DNA of 63,960 nt, filler included, from Octopus bimaculoides (taxonomy: Eukaryota), in NCBI RefSeq assembly GCF_001194135.2. It is 5 parts of 4 records of this genome, joined end to end, with 100 filler letters (N's around TTAATTAATTAA, not from the genome) between each part and the next. Parts side by side here need not be neighbours in the genome. Positions count along the whole stretch, not along the records: positions 62,784 to 63,960 come from NC_069008.1; 4 more parts are not named here. The stretch is one strand, 5' to 3'. The notes beneath the pieces were generated by a model. It was not told the DNA's origin, did not search any database, and saw only the letters and a list, made by a program, of their open reading frames with translations. This document shows positions 63,345 through 63,960 of this stretch, one piece after another. How positions within the stretch are numbered: position 1 is the stretch's first letter; each line of letters starts with the position of its first letter. Both the position numbers and the translations under genes were made by a program.

Positions 63345-63504
63345 GGCACAGGTGTGTCTGTGTGGTGAGAAGCTTGCTTCCCAACCATATGGTTCTGGGT
63401 TCAGTCCCAGTGTGACACCTTAAGCAAGTGTCTTCTACTATAGCCTTGCTCTGACCAAAGACTTGTGAGTGGATTTGGTAGATGAAAACAGAAAGAAGCC
63501 TATC

Positions 63505-63560
<56 letters not shown>

Positions 63561-63778
63561 ATGCATGTATGTATGTATCTGTGTGCCTGCGTTCCCCCCC
63601 CCCTTTGCTTAACAATCAATGTTGGTGTGTTTATGTACCTGTAACTTAGCAGTTCAGCAAAAGGACTGATAGAATAAGTACTAGGCTTACAAAGAATAAG
63701 TCCCGGTGTTGATTTGTTTGACTAAAGACAGTGCTCCAGTATGCTTGCAGTCAAAAAGATTGTAACAAGAAAAAGAAT
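63345..63778 (+). mobile_element. Full-length family B CORE-type SINE
   Basis: Head, CORE-like segment, internal (GT)/(AT) microsatellite and tail are colinear with 27112-27490. Confidence 0.9.
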
Positions 63779-63960
63779 ATATATATATTCCTTTACTTGT
63801 ATAATTTTTATTATCCAGATATTATTTATAACATCAAATATAGTAGTCCATTAAACCTTCTTCATCAGCTACATTATCACCTGACATAATAACCAAAGAA
63901 TTTATCAGTCATTTCATCCTCAAAATATAAACTGCTGACAGGAATATATAAATTGTTGTA

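Overview
AT-rich (roughly one-third GC), gap-riddled eukaryotic DNA, not prokaryotic. The tRNA-derived SINE families, dense (AT)n/(TACA)n/(GATA)n/(CAT)n microsatellites and transposon spectrum point to an Octopus genome (probably O. bimaculoides; inference, not verified). No intact protein-coding gene can be supported; almost all long ORFs in the supplied track are artefacts of microsatellites and N-runs. The window is a transposon graveyard: three Penelope-like (PLE) remnants (RT with YRDD at 40-495; thumb plus GIY-YIG at ~18.0-18.8 kb; endonuclease C-terminus at ~54 kb), a Helitron derivative with canonical 3' hairpin and CTAG, a LINE 3' end, an RLE-type (R4/Dong-like) retrotransposon end, a Tc1 and a TIR-complete internally deleted mariner, several MITEs/foldbacks, about 20 SINE copies and a C2H2 zinc-finger fragment. 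The most interesting signal is a set of type I hammerhead ribozyme motifs read directly from the sequence: one inside a tRNA-headed SINE (61111-61156), one at 62953-63041, a back-to-back inverted pair (63181-63303), a variant-core copy (53611-53649) and a 34-bp minisatellite built from that variant core (34293-34443). Together they suggest a PLE-mobilised, ribozyme-bearing SINE/retrozyme system. Also notable are a perfect 25-bp hairpin of pre-miRNA size apparently made by template switching (51075-51132) and a Helitron with permuted domain order. All alignments and folds were done by eye; none was computed.
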